Shown here piece after piece: positions 9,817 to 20,086 of a stretch of 64,000 nt of DNA; the stretch's first letter is position 1, and the number at the start of each line of letters is the position of its first letter. The position numbers and the translations under genes are program-made. The notes beneath the pieces were generated by a model that saw nothing but the letters and a program-made list of their open reading frames with translations, was not told where the DNA came from and made no database searches. Origin of the DNA: a bacterium (lineage in GTDB: Bacteria > Bacteroidota > Ignavibacteria > UBA10030); NCBI GenBank assembly GCA_043803945.1, contig JAZDJN010000091.1:32001-96000 (forward strand), read 5' to 3'.

Positions 9817-10737
9817 CTAATTTGTTGTTCCTAAGAGATAGAGAACAGCCATCCGGATCGCAACGCCATTTGTCACCTGTTCGAGGATGACCGAATGTTC
9901 GCCATCCGCGAGATCGGCGGAGAGCTCAACATCGCGGTTGATGGGACCGGGATGCATAATCGTGATCGGTTTAGGAGCGCTGTCCACGCGCTCTTTTGTG
10001 ACGCCAAAATAGCGGTGATATTCACGCAAGGATGGAAACAATCCGCTCTTCTGGCGTTCCAGTTGAATCCGAAGAACATTCAAGACGTCAATACGCGGAA
10101 TGATATCTTCGAGGCGATGGTACACGTTGACGCCGAGTTTTTCAATATCGCGGGGAATGAGTGTCTCCGGTCCGCAAACCGAAACTTCTGCTCCCATGGT
10201 GATCAGCCCGTAGATGTTCGAGCGGGCCACACGGCTGTGGAGGATATCACCGACGATGCACACACGTAATCCCTCAAGTGTTCCGAACTTTTGCCTCAGT
10301 GTATACATATCGAGCAATCCCTGGGTAGGATGTTCGTGAGCTCCGTCCCCCGCATTAATGACGTTAGCGTCGACAACCCTGCTGAGAAAATGGGCAGAAC
10401 CCGGAGAGGCATGGCGAATTACCACCATATCGATTTTCATGGCTTCAATGTTCCGGGCAGTATCTTTCATCGTCTCGCCTTTACTCACACTGCTTCCCGA
10501 GCTGGTAAAGTTGACGACATCGGCCGAGAGGCGGCGTTCGGCAAGTTCAAATGATATTCTCGTGCGAGTCGAGCTTTCGAAAAATAAATTGACAACGGTT
10601 TTCCCCTGAAGCGGGGGGACCTTTTTTATCGGCCGATCGATAATCTCCCGGAATGAAACAGCGGTATCGAGGATCAGCGCCAGTTCCTCCCTTGTCATTC
10701 CTTCGAGACCCAACAAATGTCGGCTGCGCAATTTCAT
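9817..10737 (-). CDS. pyrB: aspartate carbamoyltransferase catalytic subunit
   Basis: FFESSTRTRISF, HEHPTQ, HPGP. Confidence 0.97.
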   Translation of the reverse strand: MKLRSRHLLGLEGMTREELALILDTAVSFREIIDRPIKKVPPLQGKTVVNLFFESSTRTRISFELAERRLSADVVNFTSSGSSVSKGETMKDTARNIEAMKIDMVVIRHASPGSAHFLSRVVDANVINAGDGAHEHPTQGLLDMYTLRQKFGTLEGLRVCIVGDILHSRVARSNIYGLITMGAEVSVCGPETLIPRDIEKLGVNVYHRLEDIIPRIDVLNVLRIQLERQKSGLFPSLREYHRYFGVTKERVDSAPKPITIMHPGPINRDVELSADLADGEHSVILEQVTNGVAIRMAVLYLLGTTN

Positions 10738-11294
10738 GCTCCACCCTCCTTCCGTTCATCATCAATATCGATCAGTGTAACATTATCTTCTCCGTCCACC
10801 TCGGCAATCATCACCTTAATCTCCTGATTCGCCGAAGTAGGGATGTTCTTTCCAATGAAATCGGCTTTAATGGGAAGCTCCCGATGCCCCCGGTCGATCA
10901 GCACAAGCAGTTCAATGAGCGCAGGCCGCCCGAGATCCATTATAGCGTTCAAAGCCGATCGGATTGTTCTGCCGGTGAACAACACATCATCGACAAGTAC
11001 AAGCACTTTGCCTGTGACATCGAATAATATTTCTGTACTTTTTAGTTGCGGTTGGTCAAGCCTGCCTCGCAGATCATCACGGTAAAGGGTGATGTCGAGA
11101 ATTCCCACCGGTACTCTCCTTCCTTCAATCTCTTCAATTTTCTTCGCCAACCGTTGCGCAAGAAATTCACCACGGGTACGGATGCCAACGATACAGACAT
11201 TTTCCGCCCCCTTATGATTCTCGACAACTTCATGGGCCAATCGGTTCACAGTCCGACGGAAACCCTCGTTATCGATGACGATAGTTTTTTTCAT
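10734..11294 (-). CDS. pyrR: PyrR bifunctional attenuation regulator / uracil phosphoribosyltransferase
   Basis: GIRTRG, LDITLYRDD, VDDVLFTGRTIR, DRGHRELPI; start at MKKTIV (11294). Confidence 0.95.
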   Translation of the reverse strand: MKKTIVIDNEGFRRTVNRLAHEVVENHKGAENVCIVGIRTRGEFLAQRLAKKIEEIEGRRVPVGILDITLYRDDLRGRLDQPQLKSTEILFDVTGKVLVLVDDVLFTGRTIRSALNAIMDLGRPALIELLVLIDRGHRELPIKADFIGKNIPTSANQEIKVMIAEVDGEDNVTLIDIDDERKEGGA

Positions 11295-11312
11295 AGCTGC
11301 TCCATAAAAATG

Positions 11313-11347
11313 AAAAACCTCCAATCCCGGAGATTCGGAAAAGGAGG
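11313..11347 (-). terminator. attenuator terminator of the pyr leader
   Basis: CCTCC...GGAGG stem followed by T5, ~20 nt upstream of the pyrR start. Confidence 0.7.
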
Positions 11348-11425
11348 GTCATCAAGAATCATTAACTTGTCATAGACAACGGAGAGCCGTGCCCCCTCTC
11401 CTTGTCCAGCGTGGATATCGATTGT

Positions 11426-11461
11426 TTCCTTTCCTACCTCGCAGGATAGGGTTTAAAGGAT
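11426..11461 (-). promoter_or_regulatory. PyrR-binding RNA element (anti-antiterminator)
   Basis: AUCCUUUAAACCCUAUCCUGCGAGGUAGGAAAGGAA matches the PyrR-binding loop pattern CUUUAA...UCCNGNGAGG...AAGG. Confidence 0.88.
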
Positions 11462-11581
11462 GGATTCAAAGAACTGAAATTCGCTGCGTCAATATAGCAT
11501 GCAAGTTTTCAGGAATCAAGCAGCACGCAATTTCAACGATGAGTACTTTCTCTCAACCGATGCGATCGCTGGGAGATGGCC

Positions 11582-12481
11582 TCAAAGAATTCTATCAAGT
11601 ACCATTAAACTCATCAATGCGGAGAGATAGATGAGGGAAAAGGTAAAGAGCAATTTTGCACTTTCATTTGAGCGATCACGGTAATGGCGAAAGGCTATCC
11701 ATAGGAAGATACTTGTGAAGACTGCCGCCCCGATAAAGTAGACAATACCTAATAGTCCGACAAGAGTGGGCATCAACGCAGCGGGAAATAATGCAACGGC
11801 ATAGATCAGCATTTGCCGGCTTGCAACAATGCCCGAGGGATCGACCACGGTCAGGATTTTATGGTCGGCACGGGCATAGTCTACTCGATAGATCCAGGCA
11901 AGTGCGAGGAAGTGCGGCATCTGCCAGAAGAAAAGAATGAAAAAGAGTGACCACGCTTCAATTGTAATAGCGCCCCGCCCTACCGCCCATCCAATCAGTG
12001 TCGGTAGTGCACCGGGAATCCCCCCAAGAATTGTTGCAAAAGGAGTCTTTCGTTTCATCGGAGTATACAGCAGCAGATAAAGAAGCAGTGTCAGCAAGCC
12101 GGTTCCTGCGGCCCAGAGGTTCGTGGCAACAGCGAGATACAGCACACCCAGAAGAGCCAGGATTATCCCAAACCATAATGCTTTGTGCGGTTCGATGCGT
12201 TGAGCGGGCAGCTGGCGGTTGCGCGTTCGTTTCATGACCGCATCGAGGAGCCGTTCCGCATATTGATTCAATGTTCCAGCCGCCCCCCCAACGAGCCATG
12301 TGCCAACAAAGGTATGGACGATGAGGAGGAAATGAAAATTTTCACCGGAGGCCAGGTAGGTGGATCCGACCGCCGTTAGAACCGAGAGGAGCGTCAATCG
12401 GGGTTTTGTGAGAGAAAAATATTCACCAACACGCGATGCCGGATGCTCCATTGTGGGTGGAGTAGTACGTTCGTTGTTCAT
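11582..12481 (-). CDS. ctaB: protoheme IX farnesyltransferase (heme o synthase)
   Basis: LTKPR, D..MKRTRNR.LP, YTPMKR, WQMPHF; start MNNER or the following MEHP. Confidence 0.93.
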   Translation of the reverse strand: MNNERTTPPTMEHPASRVGEYFSLTKPRLTLLSVLTAVGSTYLASGENFHFLLIVHTFVGTWLVGGAAGTLNQYAERLLDAVMKRTRNRQLPAQRIEPHKALWFGIILALLGVLYLAVATNLWAAGTGLLTLLLYLLLYTPMKRKTPFATILGGIPGALPTLIGWAVGRGAITIEAWSLFFILFFWQMPHFLALAWIYRVDYARADHKILTVVDPSGIVASRQMLIYAVALFPAALMPTLVGLLGIVYFIGAAVFTSIFLWIAFRHYRDRSNESAKLLFTFSLIYLSALMSLMVLDRIL

Positions 12482-12482
12482 C

Positions 12483-13877
12483 CTACTTCGAAGGAACCGA
12501 CGTACTATCCTTCTGGGGATTTTGCACGCCAACCTTTGCCAGCAAATACGTGATGATGGAATCTGCCTCCGAAGGTTTCAATCCCTGGGCTGGCATAGAC
12601 GGATACGCAGGATTAATTTTGACAGGGTTCAGGACAAAAGAAATCAGTTGTGCTTTCTTTCCGGCATACTTGGGGAGTACATCCTTGTAAGCAGGACCAA
12701 CCTTCTTCTGATCAAACTGATGGCAAGCGGAGCATTTTGCATTAAATATATCTTCACCCGTGAGTGCAACGGATGCAATACCTAATTTCGCCTTCAACTC
12801 CTCAGTTAAAAGGTCATGCCTATAGGTGAGGATGGAAGCATGAGTTCTTGTGGCATTATACATCATCACCTGATCGTTCATTACAGAACATGCCGCGGCG
12901 AATCCAAAAATAAAGAAGGCACTTGATACCCTGCTGACCTGAGAATCGCCCGAATACGCGTAAAGAAAATGCGCTGCCAGGAATAAGAGAACAATAGTGA
13001 CACCGGCAAGCATAAAGAGCAATCCGGAAAGCGACGTCTGGGGAAGCAGGAAAACCGTTACAAGGATGAGGAGCGGTTGTATCAGAAGAGAGCCCGTTGT
13101 CAGACGGAGGGTCAGCCTGCGCACCAGCATGGCATATTCAGAACCGGTCTCAAAGGATTTTGTTCGCCAGGCAAATAAGAAAAAGAGAATACCAATACCG
13201 GTAATACCGGCAGAGAAAGCGATAAACAGAATAAACCTCAGCCAGACATCAATCGCCAAAATTGCAGCGAAGATCGAATCGATGGCGATCCAGTTTTCCC
13301 GATTGACGGCAACAGTGGTTGCACTCGTGAAGAGCAGTGTGGCAAGGACTATGGTGACGACACCCCAACGGCCCGTTTTTGCATGAACGCTGCTGTTCTG
13401 CTTCCGATACTCTTCGATTTCCAGCGCCTCCTTACCCATTCCCTTTCCCTTCGCTAGTGAATTGCCAAGCACTTCCAAAAGATCATGCAAGCGGAAGGTA
13501 TATCGATAACTCGAGAGCAGAATTGTTGCTGCGAGGAAGAGAATGAAACCAAATCCTGCAAGACTGACGACGATTGCATCTGTTAATTGAAAGAGCTGTG
13601 CATAGATGAACATTAGCGAGAATGCCGGAATAATGCCGAGGAATGTCGGGATTAACTTGTTGGTGAGCGGAATATCGATGAGATCTTTTGCAAACCGGAG
13701 ATAGAGCTTGTTACCTTCACGCGTTCCTTTCCGGTTGTATGCATAGGAAAGGATGGAAGACCCGCCGAGAAATGCCAAATACGGGATAAACACCAGAGAG
13801 AGCAATCCGCTGATGAGCAACAGGAGATGAAAATGCTCAGTCGATTGTGGAAGGGCAAGATGTTTTAGGAATTCCAT
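12483..13877 (-). CDS. polytopic membrane protein with C-terminal class I cytochrome c
   Basis: ~9 TM helices, then CSACH, VGP and distal Met (SMP). Confidence 0.8.
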   Translation of the reverse strand: MEFLKHLALPQSTEHFHLLLLISGLLSLVFIPYLAFLGGSSILSYAYNRKGTREGNKLYLRFAKDLIDIPLTNKLIPTFLGIIPAFSLMFIYAQLFQLTDAIVVSLAGFGFILFLAATILLSSYRYTFRLHDLLEVLGNSLAKGKGMGKEALEIEEYRKQNSSVHAKTGRWGVVTIVLATLLFTSATTVAVNRENWIAIDSIFAAILAIDVWLRFILFIAFSAGITGIGILFFLFAWRTKSFETGSEYAMLVRRLTLRLTTGSLLIQPLLILVTVFLLPQTSLSGLLFMLAGVTIVLLFLAAHFLYAYSGDSQVSRVSSAFFIFGFAAACSVMNDQVMMYNATRTHASILTYRHDLLTEELKAKLGIASVALTGEDIFNAKCSACHQFDQKKVGPAYKDVLPKYAGKKAQLISFVLNPVKINPAYPSMPAQGLKPSEADSIITYLLAKVGVQNPQKDSTSVPSK

Positions 13878-13912
13878 GAAATTTCAGCTTATTCTCTTAG
13901 ATGTTCTTTCGG

Positions 13913-14566
13913 TTAGTTCGTCAGCATGCTTGGTAATGAAATATTCTGTTTCGCTTGTGCTGCCGACACACGCTCAAACCATGCCACAAACTGTGAGGAA
14001 TCATTTGACACAACCTTTGTGTACATATACGCGTGCCTCAAGCCGCAATACTCAGCGCAAGCGATATCATACGAGGCATTCTCTTTGGTCTTGAACCACA
14101 TTTCATTCTCGCGGTTCGGTATCACATCCTTCTTGATCCTGAATGCCGGGATGTACATCGAATGATTAACATCTAGTGAGTGAAGTGTCAGTTTCACCGG
14201 AATGTTCATCGGTACATACAGGGTATCGGTTTGCACTCCATTGGGGTATTCAAACGTCCAGCTCCACATTCGTGCCGTCACTTTAATCGGCAATGCTCCG
14301 GAGGGAATTTGGGATATCTTGAGGTATCCCTCCCAACCCAAATAGAACATTCCCATAAAGAGCCCCAGCGGAATCACAGTCCAGGCAATTTCGAGAGGAA
14401 CGTTACCTTCAATATTGGTTGGATATGGATGTTTTTCCCGATTATACTTGACAACGAAAAAAACCATGGCAATGAGGAGACCGATCAGCACCAGGAGCGA
14501 GATTCCTACGATGGTAAGGAATGTCGCGTCAATATAATCTGCAAAAGGCGATTTGCCTTCGAACAT
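13913..14566 (-). CDS. coxB: heme-copper oxidase subunit II (CuA, no fused heme c)
   Basis: LEIAWT, W.W.F.Y, DVNHS, CAEYCGLRHAYM. Confidence 0.95.
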   Translation of the reverse strand: MFEGKSPFADYIDATFLTIVGISLLVLIGLLIAMVFFVVKYNREKHPYPTNIEGNVPLEIAWTVIPLGLFMGMFYLGWEGYLKISQIPSGALPIKVTARMWSWTFEYPNGVQTDTLYVPMNIPVKLTLHSLDVNHSMYIPAFRIKKDVIPNRENEMWFKTKENASYDIACAEYCGLRHAYMYTKVVSNDSSQFVAWFERVSAAQAKQNISLPSMLTN

Positions 14567-14580
14567 AAGGGTATCCTGTC

Positions 14581-14880
14581 TTACCGAAACGCGTAGTCAA
14601 AGAATGTGAGAACGATAAAAATCATCAGCGTGACGACTGCGACGAGTACAAAAATCCTGAATATTTTATCCTCAAATTTCAGGTGCATGAATATGCCAAG
14701 CACAAGCGCTGCCTTAATGGAGGCGATGGAGAGTGACGTAATAATGATCCAATGGCCAAGTTCAATCCCTGCCAGCGATACGGTAGCTCCCGTCAACACG
14801 ATCAAGCCCAGCCAAATGAGCAGATAGTGTCCGTAGCTTACTCGATGAACATGTTCTTCATGTTGCCCGTGTGATTCCAT
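14581..14880 (-). CDS. ctaF: cytochrome c oxidase subunit IV family
   Basis: 3 TM; KA.LV...FMHLKFE. Confidence 0.88.
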   Translation of the reverse strand: MESHGQHEEHVHRVSYGHYLLIWLGLIVLTGATVSLAGIELGHWIIITSLSIASIKAALVLGIFMHLKFEDKIFRIFVLVAVVTLMIFIVLTFFDYAFR

Positions 14881-14891
14881 GCGTCCTTACC

Positions 14892-15518
14892 TTACTGCAA
14901 AAGATAGAAAAGCGGGAAAAGAAAGATCCAAATGATATCGACCAGGTGCCAGTACAAGCCGCCGGCCTCCAGGCGAACATACGAACGTTCATTGATTATC
15001 CCGCGACTGATAAACACCATCATGACGGCCAGGATGATCATTCCGATGACGACGTGAAGAGCATGTAATCCCGTCATCACAAAATAGAGCCCGAAGTATA
15101 ATATCTCTCCCGAAGGTTTGCCGAGGAGATCGGGAGAACCTGGATAGATTCCCAGTTCGAATTTATGCCCCCACTCAAAATACTTATTCACGAGAAATGC
15201 CAATGCCAAAACGAGGGTCATACCTATCAACATCTGGGCAAGGCTTTTCTTCCCCTCCTGAATTGCCGTGATCGACATGGCGACAGTAAGGCTGCTGGTG
15301 AGGAGAATAATGGTGTTCACCGTACCGATCAAAGTATCAAGTTCTTTCGATGCCAATTGAAACTCAGCCGGATACTTGAAGCGGTATACGGCATACACAA
15401 GAAATAATCCGCCGAACAGGATCAACTCGGTGAAGAGAAAGAGCCACATTCCCATCCGGGAGCCGATGTTGTCGCGATGCGTCTGTTCATGTGCAACGTG
15501 GATCGACGGCGTACTCAC
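14892..15518 (-). CDS. coxC: heme-copper oxidase subunit III (short form)
   Basis: GMWLFLFTE, TGLHALHV, GLYWHLVD. Confidence 0.93.
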   Translation of the reverse strand: MSTPSIHVAHEQTHRDNIGSRMGMWLFLFTELILFGGLFLVYAVYRFKYPAEFQLASKELDTLIGTVNTIILLTSSLTVAMSITAIQEGKKSLAQMLIGMTLVLALAFLVNKYFEWGHKFELGIYPGSPDLLGKPSGEILYFGLYFVMTGLHALHVVIGMIILAVMMVFISRGIINERSYVRLEAGGLYWHLVDIIWIFLFPLFYLLQ

Positions 15519-17161
15519 GATGCCGCCTCCAATGGTTTTTCATATTGGCTGTAATCATACGGCCCGGTGGTCACAACAGGAATTTCGTGGAAGTTTTCCA
15601 GGGGTGGCGGTGAGGGGACTTTCCATTCAAGGGTTTGTCCGCCCCAGGGATTTGCCGGCGCCTTCTTTCCTTTCAACAGCGAGACGATGAGATTCACGAT
15701 CAGGATGAGAATTCCGGCATAGAGTATCCAAGATCCTGCTGACGCAATGCGATGCAGGGTTAAAAACTCCGGAAGTGAATCGTAGTAACGCCGCGGCATC
15801 CCTTGATAACCCAGAATAAAAAACGGGAAATAGAGCAAATTGAAGCCGACCGTGAGGAGCAACCAGGAAAGTTTTGCCGCTCCTTTCTTGTACATCTTAC
15901 CAAACATCTTCGGAAACCAGTAGTGGATGGCAGCAAATAAACCAAATCCTGTCCCGCCAAACATGACATAATGAAAGTGCCCAACGACAAAGTAGGTATC
16001 CTGAACATGAATGTTGATCGCGAGCGCACCGAGCATTAATCCCGTAAATCCTCCGATGCTGAATTGGATAATGAACGAGAGGACAAAAAGCATCGGCACT
16101 TCAAGTTCAATGGAGCCTTTATAGAGTGTCGCAATCCAATTAAAGATCTTAATAGCACTCGGGATGGAGACGAGAAATGTCAGGAGCGAGAAGACAAACA
16201 CACCGGTATTGCTCATACCAACGGTAAACATATGATGTGCCCATACCAGCGAACCGAAGAAGGCGATGGCAAGACTTGAAAAAGCGATGAATTTATATCC
16301 AAAAATTGTTCGCCGCGCAAAGACCGGCAAGATTTCCGAGACCACACCAAGCCCCGGTAAGATCATGATGTAAACCGCAGGATGAGAATAGATCCAGAAC
16401 AGGTGCTGATAGAGCACAGGATCGCCACCCATCGTAGGGTCAAAAATCCCAACCCCGAACCAGCGTTCGAGCACAACAAGGAGCAGTGTAATTCCAATAA
16501 TGGGTGTGGCAAGAATTTGTACCCAGCCAGTAGAATATAGCGACCAGATAAACAAGGGCATTTTGAACCAGGTCATCCCCGGTGCCCTCATTCGATGGAT
16601 CGTGGTGATAAAATTCAATCCGGTTAAAATCGAAGAGAATCCGAGAATGAAGGCCGCCATCAATGCCGGGAAGACATTGGTTGATGTCCGGATACTGTAG
16701 GGAACATAGAAGGTCCATCCCGTATCCGCAGCTCCGCCCGGAAGAAAAACTGAAACCAGTGCCAGAAGTCCGCCAGTGAGAAACAACCACCAGGAGAGAA
16801 GGTTGAGCCGCGGGAAGAAAACATCGTTTGCGCCAATCATCAGCGGCATCATAAAATTGCCAAAAACTGCCGGCAATCCCGGAATGATGAATAAGAAGAT
16901 CATCATAATTCCGTGAAGCGTAAAGAAGGTATTATATGTTTGCGGCTCGACGATTGTTTTTCCAACCGTCATCAGCTCCAGACGCATCAAAACGCCGAGC
17001 GTTGCAGCCGTAAGAAAGAATACAGACATCGTAACAAGGTAGAGGATTCCAATACGCTTGTGATCGGTGCTAAGAATCCAACCGAGCACTCCCTTATCCT
17101 TCGTTTCAGCGTGATAAAAATCAGGCTCAACCTTCTCAGCGATAGACGCTGATGTTGCCAT
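15515..17161 (-). CDS. coxA: heme-copper oxidase subunit I, A2 type
   Basis: DHKRIG, TLHG, FWIYSHPAVY (YS motif marks A2), WAHH, GHFHY; start MATSAS. Confidence 0.96.
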   Translation of the reverse strand: MATSASIAEKVEPDFYHAETKDKGVLGWILSTDHKRIGILYLVTMSVFFLTAATLGVLMRLELMTVGKTIVEPQTYNTFFTLHGIMMIFLFIIPGLPAVFGNFMMPLMIGANDVFFPRLNLLSWWLFLTGGLLALVSVFLPGGAADTGWTFYVPYSIRTSTNVFPALMAAFILGFSSILTGLNFITTIHRMRAPGMTWFKMPLFIWSLYSTGWVQILATPIIGITLLLVVLERWFGVGIFDPTMGGDPVLYQHLFWIYSHPAVYIMILPGLGVVSEILPVFARRTIFGYKFIAFSSLAIAFFGSLVWAHHMFTVGMSNTGVFVFSLLTFLVSIPSAIKIFNWIATLYKGSIELEVPMLFVLSFIIQFSIGGFTGLMLGALAINIHVQDTYFVVGHFHYVMFGGTGFGLFAAIHYWFPKMFGKMYKKGAAKLSWLLLTVGFNLLYFPFFILGYQGMPRRYYDSLPEFLTLHRIASAGSWILYAGILILIVNLIVSLLKGKKAPANPWGGQTLEWKVPSPPPLENFHEIPVVTTGPYDYSQYEKPLEAAS

Positions 17162-17168
17162 ACGTCTC

Positions 17169-17939
17169 CTACCCTTCTGTTTTCTTCTTTGGTTTGATAA
17201 TGAACACCACCACAAATATTCCGACTAAACCTAAAATAATGACCATGCTCACGCGGAGTACATTAAACGTGTACGTTCTCGCTTCTGGATCATAACTGAA
17301 GCAGAAGCTGAGTACTTTCGCGATCGTTGGTCCGACTTTTCCTTCGCCCGCCTCGATAACTGCCATCTTAATATCGAAGGGAAGATACTGAATGCCATTG
17401 ATATACCGTGTAATTTTCCCTTCCGGAGAGACGATGATGAGGACACCGGCGTGAACATAATTTTCACCGCTGCGCTGGAAATAAAATCCTGCTCCATCAG
17501 TGATGGTATAAATGTTGACACTATCACCGGTGAAGAATCTCCACCCATCCGGATTGACCGGTTTGCCAATGGCTTTCAGGTAATTCTCGCGTTTCTCTTT
17601 AGCGAGTTCCGGTTTCTCCCGATGATCGAATCCCACAGTGAGAATTTGATAGTCCTTCCCGAGCTCAAGATCGATTTTCGGGATGATCTTCGAAAGTTCT
17701 GTCATCAATGGATTACAAATCCCAGGACATCGATAGTACACGAATGTAAATATTGTCGGTTTATTGACAAACTGCCTCATCGTGGCAATATTCCCTGACT
17801 CATCATAGAATTCCACATCCAAAGGAATTTGTTGACCAAGTTTTTCAACAATTCCGATCGGAGGCCTCTGCTCCTGCTGAGCAAAACCGATGCTCACGGC
17901 CAGAGAAACGACAATCAGCAAACTCATCACTCGTGGCAT
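17169..17939 (-). CDS. SCO1/SenC copper chaperone
   Basis: YYRCPGIC motif, conserved His, C-terminal TM. Confidence 0.9.
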   Translation of the reverse strand: MPRVMSLLIVVSLAVSIGFAQQEQRPPIGIVEKLGQQIPLDVEFYDESGNIATMRQFVNKPTIFTFVYYRCPGICNPLMTELSKIIPKIDLELGKDYQILTVGFDHREKPELAKEKRENYLKAIGKPVNPDGWRFFTGDSVNIYTITDGAGFYFQRSGENYVHAGVLIIVSPEGKITRYINGIQYLPFDIKMAVIEAGEGKVGPTIAKVLSFCFSYDPEARTYTFNVLRVSMVIILGLVGIFVVVFIIKPKKKTEG

Positions 17940-17941
17940 AA

Positions 17942-18889
17942 TTATCCTTTTCGGATTTTCAATCCCGATACATATTGATAAAGCAAATTCCAATCGGTTG
18001 AAGAAAGTTGGAGCACTTCTCCATTAAATCCAAGTTGTACAGGATCTGCGGAGATAATTTTGATAAACCGATTGACCGTTGCCAATTCCTGTTCACTATG
18101 GACCAACATGGTGAAGATTCTCTTCTTATCCCGTGCAACTCGTCGAAAGAGCTCTGACCTTTTTTCCTGCAGGAGGCCATCTGAAGCAGAAGACAATCGA
18201 TCAATTACTTTACCATTATCTGAAAACTCCTGCTCAATAATTTGTGCGGCTTTTTTGACCGGGATCTGTCCCGGGATATTACTTCCTTTTGAAAGCTGAT
18301 AGGTTGTCTCAAGCGCTTGAATTTCTTGAGGAGAATCCTGAGGATGGCCATTCACAAAATTTCGGACATAATGAATCAATGCAAACCGGTCGTCCGGAGG
18401 AAGATAGTTGTACGATGCCATGCCATTCTTGACGATTCCCTCTTGCAGCGTTTTATAAATTTGCGATAGTTTGGATCCGTTTGTCCAACCTGTCAGTGTA
18501 TGAAAATTCCTGGGTCTCGGATTGAGCACGATACCAGCCGGCCCGTCTCCCATACCATTATCACCGTGGCACGATGCACAAGTAGTTTTGTAAAGATCCT
18601 TTCCTTTCGCAACCATCTGCGCTGATGAAACGCTTGCTTTCATCACATCGACAGGCGGCGATACTCGCGGACTCTGAAATGCGATATCCTGAACGAAGGC
18701 GGAAGAGTCTTTCAAAACAACCGGCAGAATTTTGTTCTTCCCTATCTGTGTGAGATTTTGGACATAGAGAATACCTAATCCCAGCAGAACGAGGAGAACA
18801 TAGAAATAGGAATAGCCGAATAACTTTACCGGCTTTCTCACCAGGTCGCGAAAATCGATTTCTGCTTTATATTCAGGTTTCTGATCCAT
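17942..18889 (-). CDS. membrane-anchored monoheme cytochrome c
   Basis: N-terminal TM; CASCHG..G.GDGPAG..LNPRPRNF; MASY. Confidence 0.85.
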   Translation of the reverse strand: MDQKPEYKAEIDFRDLVRKPVKLFGYSYFYVLLVLLGLGILYVQNLTQIGKNKILPVVLKDSSAFVQDIAFQSPRVSPPVDVMKASVSSAQMVAKGKDLYKTTCASCHGDNGMGDGPAGIVLNPRPRNFHTLTGWTNGSKLSQIYKTLQEGIVKNGMASYNYLPPDDRFALIHYVRNFVNGHPQDSPQEIQALETTYQLSKGSNIPGQIPVKKAAQIIEQEFSDNGKVIDRLSSASDGLLQEKRSELFRRVARDKKRIFTMLVHSEQELATVNRFIKIISADPVQLGFNGEVLQLSSTDWNLLYQYVSGLKIRKG

Positions 18890-18904
18890 AGTTCCTTTTT
18901 ACCA

Positions 18905-20086
18905 TTACAGCCGAAAATCCAGGCCCCGTTGAAGCTTCGGATCACCGACAGGGACCAGATTATTTCTCTTGAGCTTGATTGAGAAGACAACCAGAATAAG
19001 GCCGATAAGGAGCACGGGGAATCCAAGTTCTATCCAACTAAAGACCGGGCTCGCGGAATAGGTCGGCATCACCAACCAGTAGAGATCGAAGAGATGAGCA
19101 AACAGTATCCAGAGTGCCATTATCCTTAATCGTTTCAGATCCATTTTGGAATTTTGTGTCAACAGCATAACATAAGGAACTGCAAATTGGACGATAATCA
19201 ATCCTACTGAGACATACTCCCAGCCGTTCTTCCATCGATTGATAAACCAGAATGTTTCCTCAGGCAGGTTGGCATACCAGATTAGCAGAAACTGGCTGAA
19301 GGCAATGTATGCCCAGAAATTCACAAAAGCGAACATCAATGCACCAAGACTGTAAAAGTGATCGCGTTTCAGTTTGGGGAAAAAACCATGCTCAGACAAT
19401 TGAACTATGGCAAATGTTGCGATGGCGACTGCGGCCAGAACTGTACCGGAAAAATAATAGATGCCATAGATTGTGGAGTACCAGTGAGGTTCGAGGCTCA
19501 TGGCCCAATCGATGGCCGTAACAGTCAATGTAATGGCAAAGACCGGAAGAAACACTGCCGCAAGTCTGACGTTCTTCGTTGTGAGTTGCTGGTCGCCGGT
19601 AGTATCCTGCTTTCTGGAGTTGCGGGTAAAAGCAATATAGAACAACGACCACAAGACAAACACAGCAATGAAGCGGATAAGAAAGAACTGAAAATTCAGA
19701 TAAGGCGCTTTTGCCTGCAGTAATACATCGGCAGAGACAGCATCTTCATGGGTCCAATGGTACAGCTCGTGCATATTGAATAAGAGTGGAATGGCAAGGA
19801 ACGGTACAACAAACGTCAGTGCACCGAGGAATTCGTTCACGCGCCGCATCGGAACGCTCCAGACTGCACCGGCAATGTACTCAAGTGCAACAAGGAAGAT
19901 CGCGCCACCGGCGATACTGGCGAGGAAGAGAAATGAAATGATAGTATTAAACGCACTTCGCTTCGCATCGATAGCATAACCGCCAATCCAGATTAGAAGC
20001 CCAAATGCCAGGAGCACCCATCCTATGCGAGTGACGCTGGCAGGCAGCTCTTTTTTCAATTCATCAAAAGAGGTGTGGCTGCTCAT
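18905..20086 (-). CDS. actF: alternative complex III subunit F
   Basis: LYHW, DWAMSLEPHWYSTIYG, WYANLPEET; start MSSHT. Confidence 0.9.
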   Translation of the reverse strand: MSSHTSFDELKKELPASVTRIGWVLLAFGLLIWIGGYAIDAKRSAFNTIISFLFLASIAGGAIFLVALEYIAGAVWSVPMRRVNEFLGALTFVVPFLAIPLLFNMHELYHWTHEDAVSADVLLQAKAPYLNFQFFLIRFIAVFVLWSLFYIAFTRNSRKQDTTGDQQLTTKNVRLAAVFLPVFAITLTVTAIDWAMSLEPHWYSTIYGIYYFSGTVLAAVAIATFAIVQLSEHGFFPKLKRDHFYSLGALMFAFVNFWAYIAFSQFLLIWYANLPEETFWFINRWKNGWEYVSVGLIIVQFAVPYVMLLTQNSKMDLKRLRIMALWILFAHLFDLYWLVMPTYSASPVFSWIELGFPVLLIGLILVVFSIKLKRNNLVPVGDPKLQRGLDFRL

